Below, piece after piece: positions 11,698 through 38,343 of a stretch of 64,000 nt of DNA. The first letter of the stretch is position 1. The number at the start of each line of letters is the position of its first letter. A program made the translations under genes and the position numbers. The notes under the pieces were generated by a model. That model ran no database searches. It saw only the letters and a list, made by a program, of their open reading frames with translations, and was not told the DNA's origin. This stretch comes from Trichosphaerium sp. ATCC 40318 (Eukaryota; Protista; Tubulinea), in NCBI GenBank assembly GCA_038496445.1, contig JALMLS010000093.1:248001-312000 (forward strand), given 5' to 3'.

Positions 11698-14014
11698 TTA
11701 GCAAATCAGTGGCCTTGAAGTATTCTTTGGTAGTAAAATATCAGGTCTATAGTGTCTTATAGTAGAAATAATAGAGTCTGCATCTCCTTGCCACCAGTAA
11801 GGAACATCAATAACACTCATACCTAGTTCCCTTGTAAGCAAACTTATAAAATTGTATTCATTATTTGGCACCGCATTTCGCGTTCTGTAGCAAATAGTAA
11901 AGTGGAAATGTAAGTACCATTTGCTTTGCATATTTTTCGTTTTATGCTGTCTCGGAATTTTTGAGATGCTGAAGGGCCATAGAACGCAACATCATCAAAG
12001 TGTTGCCTCCCTTGATTATAAGTTAATTAGTGATATTAGAAATAAAATAAACAATTGTAAAATACCTTGATACTCAATGACAAGCCTAAAGTCTTGTATG
12101 TAAATATCAATAACCATAGGTTTTTGGGAGTTGACAAGTTTGGCAATATTGTAGTCACCAAACACTCTAGCTGTAGGAAATATAGATTTGATACAAGAGA
12201 ATAACATCCTATGATATAACTGAGCAATATTGAAACACTAAAAAAATTGAAGGGTATCGTCCATACCGTTGATAAGAGCGTTTATCTTTGATTAAAAAAG
12301 TGCTGTTGTTCCATTTAAAATTTGGATAAAGCCTCTTTAAAAATATCCAGTACTCAACCAATCCTGATCCACCTAATTTTTCTAATTGGTTTCGTGATAC
12401 ACGATACCAATCAGATGCAGATGTAATCCAAAATGCTTCCTCAGCAGCTACAAACGTAAGATCAATAAAGGCCAAAAAACAAAAAAATAATGCTTGCCTT
12501 TTAAAAATGGATATACATTTGTCTCCTTGTGCCAATACCCTCGAGGTTTTCGTCTATTATAAAGTATGAGTCAGTGTATTCAACGTTTTTTAGTGATGTT
12601 ACTTGAATTTCCAATCTATCCAATCGTTTTCTGGATAGATAGCTTTCAAAGTGTAAACCAAAGAATCACCATATCTAAACAATTATTACCTTTTTTGTAG
12701 TTTAAATACAATACCAACCTTCGAAGTATACTGACACCACCATCGTATTTCTGTACAGTTTCTTTCTTTATCATATACCAATCATCAATATGCTTCACGC
12801 CTAGGTGCCTGCCAATCTCCTCAACACGCTCATGTTGATGTTTATTATCGTCCCAATATCCCATTGGAGAACACCTATCTAGTCTTAATCACTAGCAACA
12901 GTAGCTCCGAACATACCTGAATTTCCATAAAACCCACTTGTATTCAGGAAATACTGACATAAGCGTCTGTGAAACAGATGAGTTATGCTTTGAAAGAACA
13001 GTTGCTGCGCCATTAGAATTAAACGTTTCTTTAGTGACATTATACCAATCATCTAGAGATTTAATACCAATATACTTTCCTAATCTATTGACAACAGCGT
13101 ATTGATGTTTCTCATCTTGCCAGTACTTATTAGGCGCTGATCTTTAAAAAAGAATGTAAGAAATCTATCAACACGTGCTCGACACGTGAAACGAAAAGGA
13201 GACGAACATAAATTTCCAGGGTTTCCAATCGTATTTAGGATATATCGAAGACAAGCAGTTGCCAATGGAACCATCGTATCTACGACAATTAAAAGACTAA
13301 CTGTTGTTAAAGCTATGCTCTTTCAAGCTAATGCTTGACTCTCAGGAAGGGTACCTTTGAAGCAAGCTTACGCCACCTTTTTCATATACATCAGCTTGAG
13401 ACACAACATACCAATCACTTAAAAGCTTGGCACCTAGCTTACGACCAATAGATTCTATTTTAAGCTTTTGATGTTCTTTACTATCCAAATACCCTCTTGG
13501 TGTGCTCCTATAATACCATTATTACAAACTCTTCATCTTATCAAGAGAGGCACCAGAATTTGAACTTTTCCCAGTCGTAATCAGGAAAGATCTTCTCTAC
13601 AGCACGTGAAACTGAGTCTTGATACCTATCATACTACATAAGTTATTGAACCCCAGGATTGTCACGTGCAACTTACAAAAGAAGAATATTGGTGCCACCA
13701 TTGACAGAAATTTGAGTCTTTGTGATAGCATACCAATCATCAAAATGCCGAACTTTGAGAGCGGGAGCGAGTTGATTTTCAAAAAAATGACGTTGGTTTT
13801 GTAAGTCCCATCCTTTTAGTACGTGAGATTTCGCTAAAAGACATAAGCTGAATGTACCAGCAGTTTCATAACGTTGGGAGCTGGTTTTTTTTCATACGAA
13901 GGTTTTTGAGGTTAAAAAGCAAATATAACGCGTGTTTATGACTCATACGTGCGTATTACCTCGTAAATTAGCCCTTGCAGATTGCGTTGCTCTAAAACTA
14001 ACAAACTTGCTCAT
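11698..14014 (-). CDS. Helical-repeat ('PxGYW...DWY...GG..LL...YP...W') protein with C-terminal PD-(D/E)XK/RAP-like domain and possible mitochondrial presequence
   Basis: About 5 repeats, e.g. GYWDDNKHQHERVEEIGRHLGVKHIDDWYMI...GGVSIL; C-terminal IDIYIQDFRLVIEYQG.QHF ... VIDVPYWW; N-terminus MSKFVSFRATQSARANLR is Arg/Ser-rich with no acidic residues. Confidence 0.7.
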
Positions 14015-14369
14015 AAATAGTTAATTTTGCTCTGTATCTCTGTATTTTGGCGTAGTAGGCGTTTTGTACGGCTTCATGTCAGTATCAGTCAGAATAACCC
14101 ACGTTAACGACAAAATCAATTCAAATACATGTTACAACCGTGCACTTCAAGTTTGCGTGACTAATATTGAAACACTTACGCTGACGAATAAACATGACGG
14201 CCACGCTTACACTATCCAAAGGTTGCACTCTTAAAAACAGTACGTAGCGGATAAACTTTGCACCGGCACGACATTTCACGTGGCTGTAGAATTTTCCAAC
14301 GGCCAAACTTTTAACGGTTTTTGTGGCTTAATCGAGAACATAATTTTATAAACCACCATCATACAATAA

Positions 14370-15061
14370 ATGAGTACGCCACTTCTTGATAAAGAATACC
14401 AATCTGCTGCTTCAACTTGTGCGGTTTTTTATGTATTTCGTTAACCGATCTAACAGCTGTTGGTAGCAACTCAGTATTCTGATAGCAATTTGAAAAAGAT
14501 TGTTTATTCTATTGTTGCTATTAATGAAGGTCTTATCACTCCTCCAGATACTGACCACTGGGCTGATGATATCGTTCTTGATGACTCCAGCACTCATATA
14601 TCTGGTAAAAGACTATTTACAGCGCTGTGTTATGGCATTCCTGCCTTATTTAAAGACTCTAAATGTGTCATGACTGATTTGGACTTGAACTCAAGTGAAA
14701 GAAGTATGCACAGTTACTAACCACTGTATACAATTTTACTCAAACTATTCGTTTAGATCTCATTAACAAACGACCAACTACTGAAAGAATAGTTTCGTTT
14801 GACATGAAGATGACACATACTATACGAGGATTGAATTGGAGATTGACTCTACCAACAAGAATATTTTTGGAATTTGAAGGTGGTAAAATAAAGCACTATC
14901 ATGATTGTTGGTGGAACCGTAGAGTTTTTGGTATGTCGCCATGGAATCCTTGGCTATATATCAGAAGTACCCAAGGATATCTCACAGCTTCATGCTTTAC
15001 TGGAAGAGCTACAAGAGAAACAAAAAAATGGTATCAAGATCATCCAGAACTTAGCCAATAA
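14370..15061 (+). CDS. NTF2/SnoaL-like fold protein
   Basis: WADDIVLDD...ISG near the start and FEGGKIKHYHDCW near the end, typical of SnoaL-like domains; 2 introns. Confidence 0.55.
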
Positions 15062-15217
15062 CTGGCTTAAAATAAAAGCCAATCAGACAACAAGAAGTAA
15101 GAAACATGTACTTAATATCTTCATTAAACAAATAAATAAATTAGTTCAGTAAGGTTTTTTTTAATGATTTTTTTTGTACAAACTTGTTTTTTTCTTTTTT
15201 TGAAATTCCGCGTATTT

Positions 15218-16615
15218 TTATCGCTTACGCCAGTCCATAATTTCATCTGGATCAAAATCGCTACTATCCGAGTCATCATCACTATCATCTTCCTTTTCAA
15301 CTTTTTTAGCATTTGCTTTTTTAGCCTTCTGTTCCTCTTGTAACTTCTTTCTTCTTTGCTTAATTTTATCGAGCTGAGAAAGTTCCGTCCTAACCGACCG
15401 AATTGTCAGATAAATCACGTGTCAAAACAAAATTTTGCTGTAACCTCCTTCAAAAAATCTTTCCAATACCACAACACGTAATGGCAAGGAGTCAATGCGA
15501 AACGAACAAAATATAAAATTTCTTTTTCGAAGCCACTTACTTTTGTTCATTCTTTATCATAACTACTTCATCTTTGACAACTGACGAATAGTCTTCATCT
15601 TCTTCATCAATCTCGGCAGTTACAAAATCGACTTCTACTTCTTCCAAATCGACAGAAAGTAAAGCTTTAAACTTTGCATACTCCTTACTAAAACGTAAAT
15701 TAGTTTCCGACGTGTCAAAAAAAATCGTACTTTAGATCAGGCACTGCTTTCTTCTTTTCTTGTTCTAACTCGTCTTCTTCCATGTAGTACTCCTTTGGTA
15801 CATCCCCAAGATCGTTCTACATAATTGTTAATACCTAATCATTAGAATAAACCAACTCATGCGTTTGATGAAGGGTAACTAACATCAAGTTTCACATACC
15901 TCAACACTTGGTTCTTTTTTTTCTTCTTCTTTTTCTTCCTCCACAGGCTCCCCTTGCAACTCAGCTTCAGGCTCTAATCCTTCAATACGTTGTATCTCCA
16001 ATTGGTACGCCTCATCACTGTCAAAGAACTCTGTGGAGCGAACGTCAACGAAATAGTCGAAAGAATAAGCTTCGCTTTTGCGCCTTGTTGGTTTGACGCT
16101 TTCGTACCTCGAGGTAATATTGTAGGAGGTGCTTGAGGTTCCTCAAGTGCTGCGATGGCTTTTTCTACTTGTGGTGACACTTTGGTTTCAATTTTAGCTT
16201 TTTTGACAGGTGGAGGCGGCGGCATCTCTTCTGAGGCAGATCTTGATGTGTTTGTATTGACTTCAGTTGCTGCTTGCTCTCTTTTACGTTTGGCGGCCTT
16301 TTTTCGCTCCAATAACAGCTAAACCAGCATTAGCAACGCTTATTATTGAGTTTTATTTCATAACAGCAAAATTAAATCTACGTACCTGCAACTGTTTTTT
16401 CTTTGCAGCTCTATTCGCGTTTCGTTAAGGAAATAATAGCAGGCAGTAATAAGAAGTAATTGAAAAAAAAGGGATACAAAGAGCTGTTTTTCGTATTATT
16501 ACGCGCTTTGCGCATTAGCGCACGCATTTTCGCGTCTCGCTGTCAAAACAAAGTTAGACCGTTTATTGTACGCATTTGTAAGCCGCGAAAAATACAAGCA
16601 ACGTACAGAAGACAT
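15218..16615 (-). CDS. ZNF830/CCDC16-like coiled-coil protein, zinc finger not detected
   Basis: Spliced MSSRDAKMRALMRKA..., VPKEYY (cf. LPEGFF), KEYAKFK, acidic tail ending DEIMDWRKR (cf. ZNF830 DWR.K). Confidence 0.5.
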
Positions 16616-16755
16616 TTAGGTGGTGTCAGCGACAAACTTCATGTATTATTCAATTGAATACTAAGTGACTTTCATAGACTTGCCAAAAGAAGGTTTAAAC
16701 TATTAACGGCACTTGGTCTCCAAGTATGTTGTAACGTCGTGTCATACCTGTCATA

Positions 16756-30787
<14,032 letters not shown>

Positions 30788-31307
30788 AAGAGAGAGGTAA
30801 AGAAAAATGATTCATACTAGAAGAAACATTTGTGTAAAATACGAAATAATAAAAAATAGAAAAAAAACAGAATTTAAATGTACACTTTTGATGTAGTTTT
30901 GTGATTAGCCTTTTTTGAACCCAACAATGGCTCAGTAGGTATTAGACAACATTGCAATTATTGTATAACAGCTTGGCTTCTGAGACACTTTTTAACGGCA
31001 CAAAAAGAAAGCAATGCTGCTGTGAAATAAGAATATGTGACAGACGAAAAATACAGAATTTTGTTTGTACGTTAGCTGGGGTTTACCGAAGAAACAAGTA
31101 TAATAATTTTGTGTCAGGCAATAGTAACTTGCTAATAAAGAAGTTCAGTTCATCTTCAAAAGTTTGAGTAGAGGGCAGAGAAGTGAATACTTCATTGAAG
31201 TATACAGAACTAAGAATCATGACTTTAAGATGAAAAATGAAATTTAATTGACGAGTTGCTTGACACTGTAACGTCATCTAAAAAAAGCGCCTGGTTTTAT
31301 TAATAAG

Positions 31308-32933
31308 TCACAATGTCATAATTTCTGAGCGAAATGAACTTGGCCCACCGAAAAATCTATCAATCTTTCCTAGTCTGTTAATACCTTCTTCTGTAACATT
31401 CTTACACTTATGTATACACAAAAATGATACGCCTTTCAATACATAAAGACCCTCGTCTGTTATTGAAGTTTCATCTAGATCAATAGAATGAACACCTGCA
31501 AGGGCTTTGATACCATCATCTGTAACCTTTGTTTTTTTAAGACTGATAGCATGAACACCAGCAAGCGCTTTGACCCCTTCATCCGTAACTAAAGTCTCAG
31601 AAAGGTCAATTGTGTGAACGCCACCAAGTGCTTTAATTCCTTCATCTGTCACTGAAGTACACGACAAGTCTATACTATGCACACCAGCCAGAGCTTTAAT
31701 AGATATGTCTGTCACAGAGACAGAGTTTTGAAGGTTGATTGTGTGAACTCCTGCTAGCTTAGCTACATTCTTGTCAACCAAACGGTAACAGGAAGACAGT
31801 GATATGGTATGAATACCAGAAAGAACACCAAAAGTACTTCCTGATATGGCTGTATTGTTCAGTACCAACTTGTGTACACCACGTAGAAATATAATTTCAT
31901 TGTCGGTGATGTTTGAATTGCTTACATCAATGGTATGTGCTCCAGCAAGGTATTGGAAAGCTTCATTTTTCTGAACAGACCTATGTAAATCTACAGAATG
32001 GACTGGTATTGTCATTAAGCTTTTTAGGTTAAAGGCAGAAACTTGAGAATATCTAAAGCTTATGGAATCAGCGCCAGTAATTGGCTCCAGATCAAATTCA
32101 AGAGTTGGTTCGCTCAAACGTAGACATAAAGTGCGTATTCCAGAAAGAGCATTTATCGCCTGTTGAGTTATGTACGAGTTCATAGTAAGACTTTGTACCA
32201 CACCACCATGTGGCGCAATACCATTGGATAGGACTTTTTTGTCTGGATGTGTCCAATAGGTACGAATGCTGAGGGTCTTGACACCGACCAATTCTTTAAC
32301 GTCGCTGTCGGATAAGGACACAGAATCTGAGGAGAACCGATATAATCTTAGAGCACCTATTGCTTTGAACATTTCATGTGTTGACTTTATATCTGATAGG
32401 ATCAGAGTATGAAGTCCACTCAACGATGCGAAACCTTCATGTGTAATACCTTTTACGCTCTTTAAACCAAGGGTATGTATTCCGTCAAGAGTACTCATTC
32501 CATCATCTGTCAGGTGGCAACGCTCCAAATGAAGGGCGTGAACACCCGCAAGGAACTGGATGCCGTACGATGTGATGTCATGGCATCTTCTCATACTGAG
32601 GGTACGTACACCAGCAAGAGGGACAATATAATCATCTTCTATATCTTCAAAGTTGAATATATTGATTGGGGTGTTTCGTAGTAAGTTTCCACGTGATGAT
32701 ACAAAATCAATCATCTCACGTGACCAAACATTAATTGAAGAAAAACCCACGTGATGCCATATAACTTCTGCTATTTGTTTACAAACAAGAGTGCTCGTAC
32801 GGCGACAATAAGCTACTCTGTTGAATATCATTGCTAGGATTTCATTAGGCAATGCTGTGAGCGACAGTTGAGCTGTGTTTGAAGATTGTTTTTCTCGATG
32901 AAGTCGTTTCTTAGAGGATTTGCCTTTTTTCAT
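31308..32933 (-). CDS. Intronless F-box + leucine-rich-repeat protein (541 aa)
   Basis: F-box LTALPNEILAMIF followed by many ~21-22-aa repeats GVH(T/S)IDLS.T.VTDEGIKALA. Confidence 0.9.
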   Translation of the reverse strand: MKKGKSSKKRLHREKQSSNTAQLSLTALPNEILAMIFNRVAYCRRTSTLVCKQIAEVIWHHVGFSSINVWSREMIDFVSSRGNLLRNTPINIFNFEDIEDDYIVPLAGVRTLSMRRCHDITSYGIQFLAGVHALHLERCHLTDDGMSTLDGIHTLGLKSVKGITHEGFASLSGLHTLILSDIKSTHEMFKAIGALRLYRFSSDSVSLSDSDVKELVGVKTLSIRTYWTHPDKKVLSNGIAPHGGVVQSLTMNSYITQQAINALSGIRTLCLRLSEPTLEFDLEPITGADSISFRYSQVSAFNLKSLMTIPVHSVDLHRSVQKNEAFQYLAGAHTIDVSNSNITDNEIIFLRGVHKLVLNNTAISGSTFGVLSGIHTISLSSCYRLVDKNVAKLAGVHTINLQNSVSVTDISIKALAGVHSIDLSCTSVTDEGIKALGGVHTIDLSETLVTDEGVKALAGVHAISLKKTKVTDDGIKALAGVHSIDLDETSITDEGLYVLKGVSFLCIHKCKNVTEEGINRLGKIDRFFGGPSSFRSEIMTL

Positions 32934-33140
32934 TACGTGAGCGTTTTGTAGGATAGGTTTGCTTTGAGGTGTATGTTCAACAATTTGAAAAAAAGTGATG
33001 TTCAGAATTCAAAAGGCGTAACGTCTAAATGTTGTACCTTGAATCACAAAACTTAAGTGCTACTACAAACCACAATTAGCCTTAGTGACTGCAACGTTTG
33101 TAGGCTTTCTCTTGGCCTCTAAGATTTTAATATTTAGACG

Positions 33141-34650
33141 ATGTCTCTTGACTACACAGCGAGTTCAACACTCTTGAGAAGTATGCTTCAAAGTTTCCTA
33201 CTTGCCTTCCACCAACGCTCTTCATAACACAATCACAAACAAAATCCTTCAAGTCAATCCATACACTTGCGAAGTTGACAAAGAAACGGAACAATTTATG
33301 GTATTGGAAGAAGAGGCTATCTGGCTGAGATTAATTATAACAATGAATGCACATTCAAGACTGTTTGTGACTATAGCAGCTACGGAGCGTTGATGTAGTA
33401 AGTTAGTATTCTGGTTTTTTTCTCAAAGTACCAACCGTTTCTTTGCACAGTTGCTACAAGTAGCGCACAAATAACCAATCTCGTCTATAATAAGCTTTAT
33501 ACTGAGGCTAAAACCATCTGTTTAAAAGAAATTAATGAACTTGTGTTAGCCCAGCGAGGAAGAGGTAATAACACCAAAAAACACTAGTGTTTTCTGCGAA
33601 AAGTACTAATTTTGTTCATAACATTGCAGAGTTCGAGATTATGTACCTTGGTGAAAGTGGTCTATCTCATAACAAGGCCTCTGGTTTTATTCAAGGTTCT
33701 TATCAGTCCACCAATGAGAGTCATGCAAGGATGCAGGATAACTGGCAAAAGTCTATCACTCTAAGGTCTTACCTCAGTTGACAGTTTTACGTAGGTGGCT
33801 TCATGCGAAAACTCTCCAATCATGCTAGCAATTGACACAAATACGTGCAACACTTCCACCTATGCAAGAGGAAGTAGCGGCGCTCTAGCAATAGTTGCTT
33901 TCGATTTCCGATACCATCTACTGAACCACCCAACCTTTATCACCTGCCAGAAAATACCAACCGCATCACCTATCCAATTCTATCACCAGCTCACAATTTC
34001 GTCACCAAGCTTTGTCACCTTCCCACGAAATACATCACCTATCGACGAAACACCAATTTCCTTACAATCCCAGGGAGTGGTAGCAACAGTACTTTTTGGT
34101 GTGCGTTTGTACTGCTTATATCTTATGCAATGTCGCAAAAAATTATTGTTCCATTTAGCTGAGTAAAAAGAAAGACACCAGCCAAAAAAGTTCTAAAAAA
34201 AGGGAAACACGTTATTTGCGCGTGTACGTTGAGATAGATTTATGGGCAACCAGGGTGAGCATTAGGTCCTTCGTGTCTGTCAAGCTTTGCAGTGGATGGT
34301 AATGCGAATGTAAGGACTGCTGCGTGTCCAACTCTACAAACGATAACTGCTGCACCCCCAAGTATTTTGAAGGTGAACCAGCTACCGTTTTGGATGTCAT
34401 TCAGCTTCGCCCTTTATCCTGGCACTACTCCAGAAAAAAAAAAGAGTTTCCTGAAAATCTTGCCGTACGAAACGGTATCGTGTCTTTTCTCAACTACGAC
34501 GAACATGTCCTAGAGCAGTAGAAGACATTTCAGAAGCTTATTGTCAAAGTAGATGTCTTACAGCTCACCTTGAAGTTGATGAAAGATTTCTTACCTCCAT
34601 TTACTTTAAAATCAAATCGAAGCCTACCATTGGTTTACCCTACGCTAAGA
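33141..34650 (+). pseudogene. Decayed spliced gene of unknown family
   Basis: Coding-like segments with apparent GT-AG introns (e.g. ~33398-33450, ~33566-33629), interrupted by in-frame stops and shifts (ATER*C, CSGW*CECKDCC). Confidence 0.35.
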
Positions 34651-35654
34651 GAATGTTAGCGTAGTACCGTACTTAGTATTAAAAGGTACCAAGACTATTT
34701 TTGAGGCTTAAAGGCTATGACACCTGCGCACGTTTAACAGCATTCACCCACTTCTTTGGGTGTGTTAGCTTGATGTTTGTAGCCCTCTTCTTATCGTACT
34801 ACTCGAGTGGTCTTTGACGCGCACAAATGCTAACTGTTAGGTACATAAGAATAGCTTAGTGTTTAGGTACTGTGAGTGTTGTTTGGCTATTGAAATATGT
34901 TTTCCTGTTCCTAATTTAGAGCTTGTGATTACTTAACTTGAGCACTATTAGTTTTATCTCCAAAGTGTTGTTACTTGTTTAATAGCCGCACAAAGAGCAT
35001 GCTGATTTTACTTCTAGAGATCCTAATTTAGATAGTTTTACCTCGATTAACTCATTATACGCGTCAGAATCATCAACAGACGATTTTAAAATCGCTTGGT
35101 AGGCGAGCAAAGAAGAAAAGTTTTTCTCGTTTGAGCGTTTCCCAAAAGATCTTCTACGCTAAATCTAGCGTACACATAACGTCATAATCGTAAAGAAAGT
35201 ATTTAGACGATCATATAAGACAAAAAACTACTTGTATCGAAAACACGAAAACAGTTTTGTATTGTTGCAAAAAAAGTGAATCAAATGTATTTTAAGCATA
35301 ACAGACGCTTAGATAACATCAATAATATACTAATAAAAAGGTTTATAGCTTCTTCAGCCACAAAATAAAACATGTGTCGATTTTTCTTTCGTTTTCGTTT
35401 TTTTTTTTTTCAGACATGTTGCTCAATAAACATAAACGTGAACACGGCGTAAAAAACATTTTCGTTATTATTGCGTTTTGAAGTCGTCAAAACAAAAAAA
35501 AAACCACACTTTGAGGTTTTTCTCAGTTTGCTATTTTCAGAAGATTTTCGGAACAAGTTTTTTTTATTGAACGTATCTCTTTGTTTTGTACTCGTCTCAA
35601 GACATCATGGGTAGCTTATAATGTCTTCATTTTGTGTTTATATTATAACATTGT

Positions 35655-37100
35655 TCAAAAGTCTAAAGAGTCATCGCCCAAGGTATCAACCACGTGGAAA
35701 GCACAGAGAACACCCAAATGGTCACTTGGAAAATTCGAATTAGAATTTTGTGAGCCAACTCTTCCTATTCTTCTTGGCTTCATTCCAGGATTTGAGTAGA
35801 ATAATCTATCTAACCTACGCGCAGGCATAGCAGTGCTATACGTAGCACCTCGTTCAGAAGGTTTAAGAGTTGTCCAAGCGTCTTTGTATCTAATACTGTA
35901 GTTAAAACCATTGGCTACTGCTAATGTCGTACTTTGAAGGATCTAGAGCTGAAGCTTCATTTGAGTTACTAAAGTTTGTGTCCCCTGCTAGAATAACTCT
36001 ATCCATACCATTGGTTATGGTACTCAAAAGGCCTAGTTGTTTAGCTCTATAAGGACCATCTCCACCATTACTAAGAGACATCAGTATTAAAACAAAAAGA
36101 AAATCAAGTTTTGCTCACCTTTCCAAATGAAAGGTTCCTAGTACAAACGGTGTACCATCCCTATGCTTAAATGATGCTAGAAGAGCTTTACGACTCATGT
36201 TGGACTCGAAATCGCGGAGCATCACCTTTAAAAAAGTAAGTTGAAACACCAACGAGTATGGAAATAACAAACACGTGTAATCATAGTGACGTACCTCTTG
36301 TGGTTTGTATTTTGACATTATCATGACACCATATCTGAATTTATGACCCTTTGTACCAAGTTCTGTACCGTCAGGATCTGTAACATAGTAACCCTATTTT
36401 TCGTCACGTGTCAGAAAAATCACATTTTTTTTTTTCATCAAAAAAAATACAAGAACGCCAGTTAAACATTACTTACCTTTGCCCACTGTTGTGACAACAA
36501 CAGTGCATTTAAACGAGGAGTTACTTCTTGTAAACAGATAAAATCAGGTGCATATTGGGATATTACATCTCCAATAGCTATGAGACGTTGAATGAGTGCA
36601 ACCACGTGCTGTCAAGTTAAAAAAGCGACCAAAAAAAAAAAAAAAAAGTGATTTGTACATTTCAGGCGAACTGGGTCTTCGTCGTTGAACCAGATATTGT
36701 ATGTTAGAACTGTTATATCCCTCTTGGAGATAAAGTCGTTAACGTAAACGCCCTGAGAGCTGACCCATTTTTCTTTTGTGAAAAAAGCCTTTAATTTCGT
36801 TTGTTAATACTATATTACGCACTGCCGTTCCAGTAAGATGCAGGAAATACCCATCCTTTGCCTTTAAATTGAGACTTTAAAAAAAACAATCAAATTATTT
36901 TTAGATGTAGTTTTACGTTACTTTGTAGTCAACTGGAGGCCGAGGGGGTACTAACGTGGGTCCTAAAGAAACATTTCTATTTAAAACATCAAAAGTGGCT
37001 ACGCACTGTTAGGAAGTGGTAACATTATAGTGCGTACTACTGTTTGTACGTTGTTCAACGTTTTGGACTTATCCTTTAAGTCTTGAGCCGACAGCTTCAT
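35655..37100 (-). CDS. Endonuclease/exonuclease/phosphatase, TDP2-like
   Basis: ITVLTYNIWF, PDFICLQEV, YGVMIMSK, SNMSRKAL, GTFHLE, ILAGDTN, DAW, RLDR, FPSDHLG motifs. Confidence 0.85.
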
Positions 37101-37213
37101 TTTGTGGTTAAGGCCCTTAAGCGAAATCAACTATTTCAGTTTTGTGAACTTGTGAAAGCTTTATATCCATGTAGAAAAGACTGGCAAGGAAAGAGTATAC
37201 CGCACGTATAGTT

Positions 37214-37983
37214 ATGGCGTTTTGTACCGAGGTACGTCAGTTATTAGATCAAATACGCGTATTATTAACCGTAAATAAGGTTAGACAACGTATAAAGCTA
37301 GAAAGTCGCTTGTTTAAACTTCCTATGGAACTACAACTAGATATAATAGAGTTAGACCCTGAAATATTCATAAAATGGCCTATACTATCAAAACAAGCCG
37401 CAATAACAACTCGGTTTGATGATGATTTAAAAAAACATGGAAAATGGCTAAAATACAGCAATGACTCTCAGAATAATAAAAAAATAATGTACAAAAAGCG
37501 TCAAGAGTGTTGGTGTCATGGTAAACAAAATGGAGAGTTTAAAACATGGAAAGGAACACGTGATTGTCGTTATTTATATGCACAATATTTTTTTGTACAA
37601 GGAGAGATGCAAAAAGAGTACAAGTATTGGTATGATAATGGTCAAATTAGAGAACAAAGTATTTATGTTGATGATGTTGAAAAACAGCAAACAAAACAAG
37701 AAGGTAGCCTGTCAGCAGGGACATTGTAGTAGCAAAAAAAGATGAACATTGTCTAGATTGTAATGGTGTTAACAAGAGGAAAAGGGAGTATACTTCTTGG
37801 TTTAAAAATGGTCAGATACGTCAGTTGTTGTATTATGTCAATGATAGAAAGCAAGGTGAATATAAAGAGTTTTATTACAGTGGAAAATTAAGGAAAAGAT
37901 GCTATTATGTCAATGGCGCTCTTAGTGGAGAGTACAAGACATGGAACGAAGATGGCACACTAAAACTTGAGTTACTAAAGTAA
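37214..37983 (+). CDS. MORN-variant (YwqK-like) repeat protein with F-box-like N-terminal motif
   Basis: LFKLPMELQLDII; repeats HGKQNGEFKTW, KEYKYWYDNGQI, REYTSWFKNGQI, QGEYKEFYYSGKL, SGEYKTWNEDG. A 53-nt GT-AG intron (37704-37756) joins the two frames. Confidence 0.75.
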
Positions 37984-38343
37984 AACAGTCTTTTCACAAT
38001 CCTCCTTCATAATCTCATGGATGTTAAAAGAATAACGTACATAGCTATTGAAACTGTATTAACAATGTTCCATAACTCAGCAATTATGCAAACTAGTCTT
38101 TATGTAACTCAACTCAATAGTGTCTCTAAAGCAGGCTGCAACAAGAATAATTACATAAAGTATTTTGTACCACTAAAGAAAGTTGTTTGCAACGGATACC
38201 TACAAAATAGTGTTTGTGCACTACCTACCAAAACAATTAATGTACATTAAACTTAACCTCAATTCAAACCAAATAAATACATTCATTTTATTTACTTTCT
38301 ATTATTCAGATACAATTTCCCGACCTTCATTTTTTTTTTTCTT

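Noticed and set aside
30950-31280. Possible further LRR remnants (VTDE, LAGV; also TIDL near 54440)
   Set aside because: Matches are too short to distinguish from chance.
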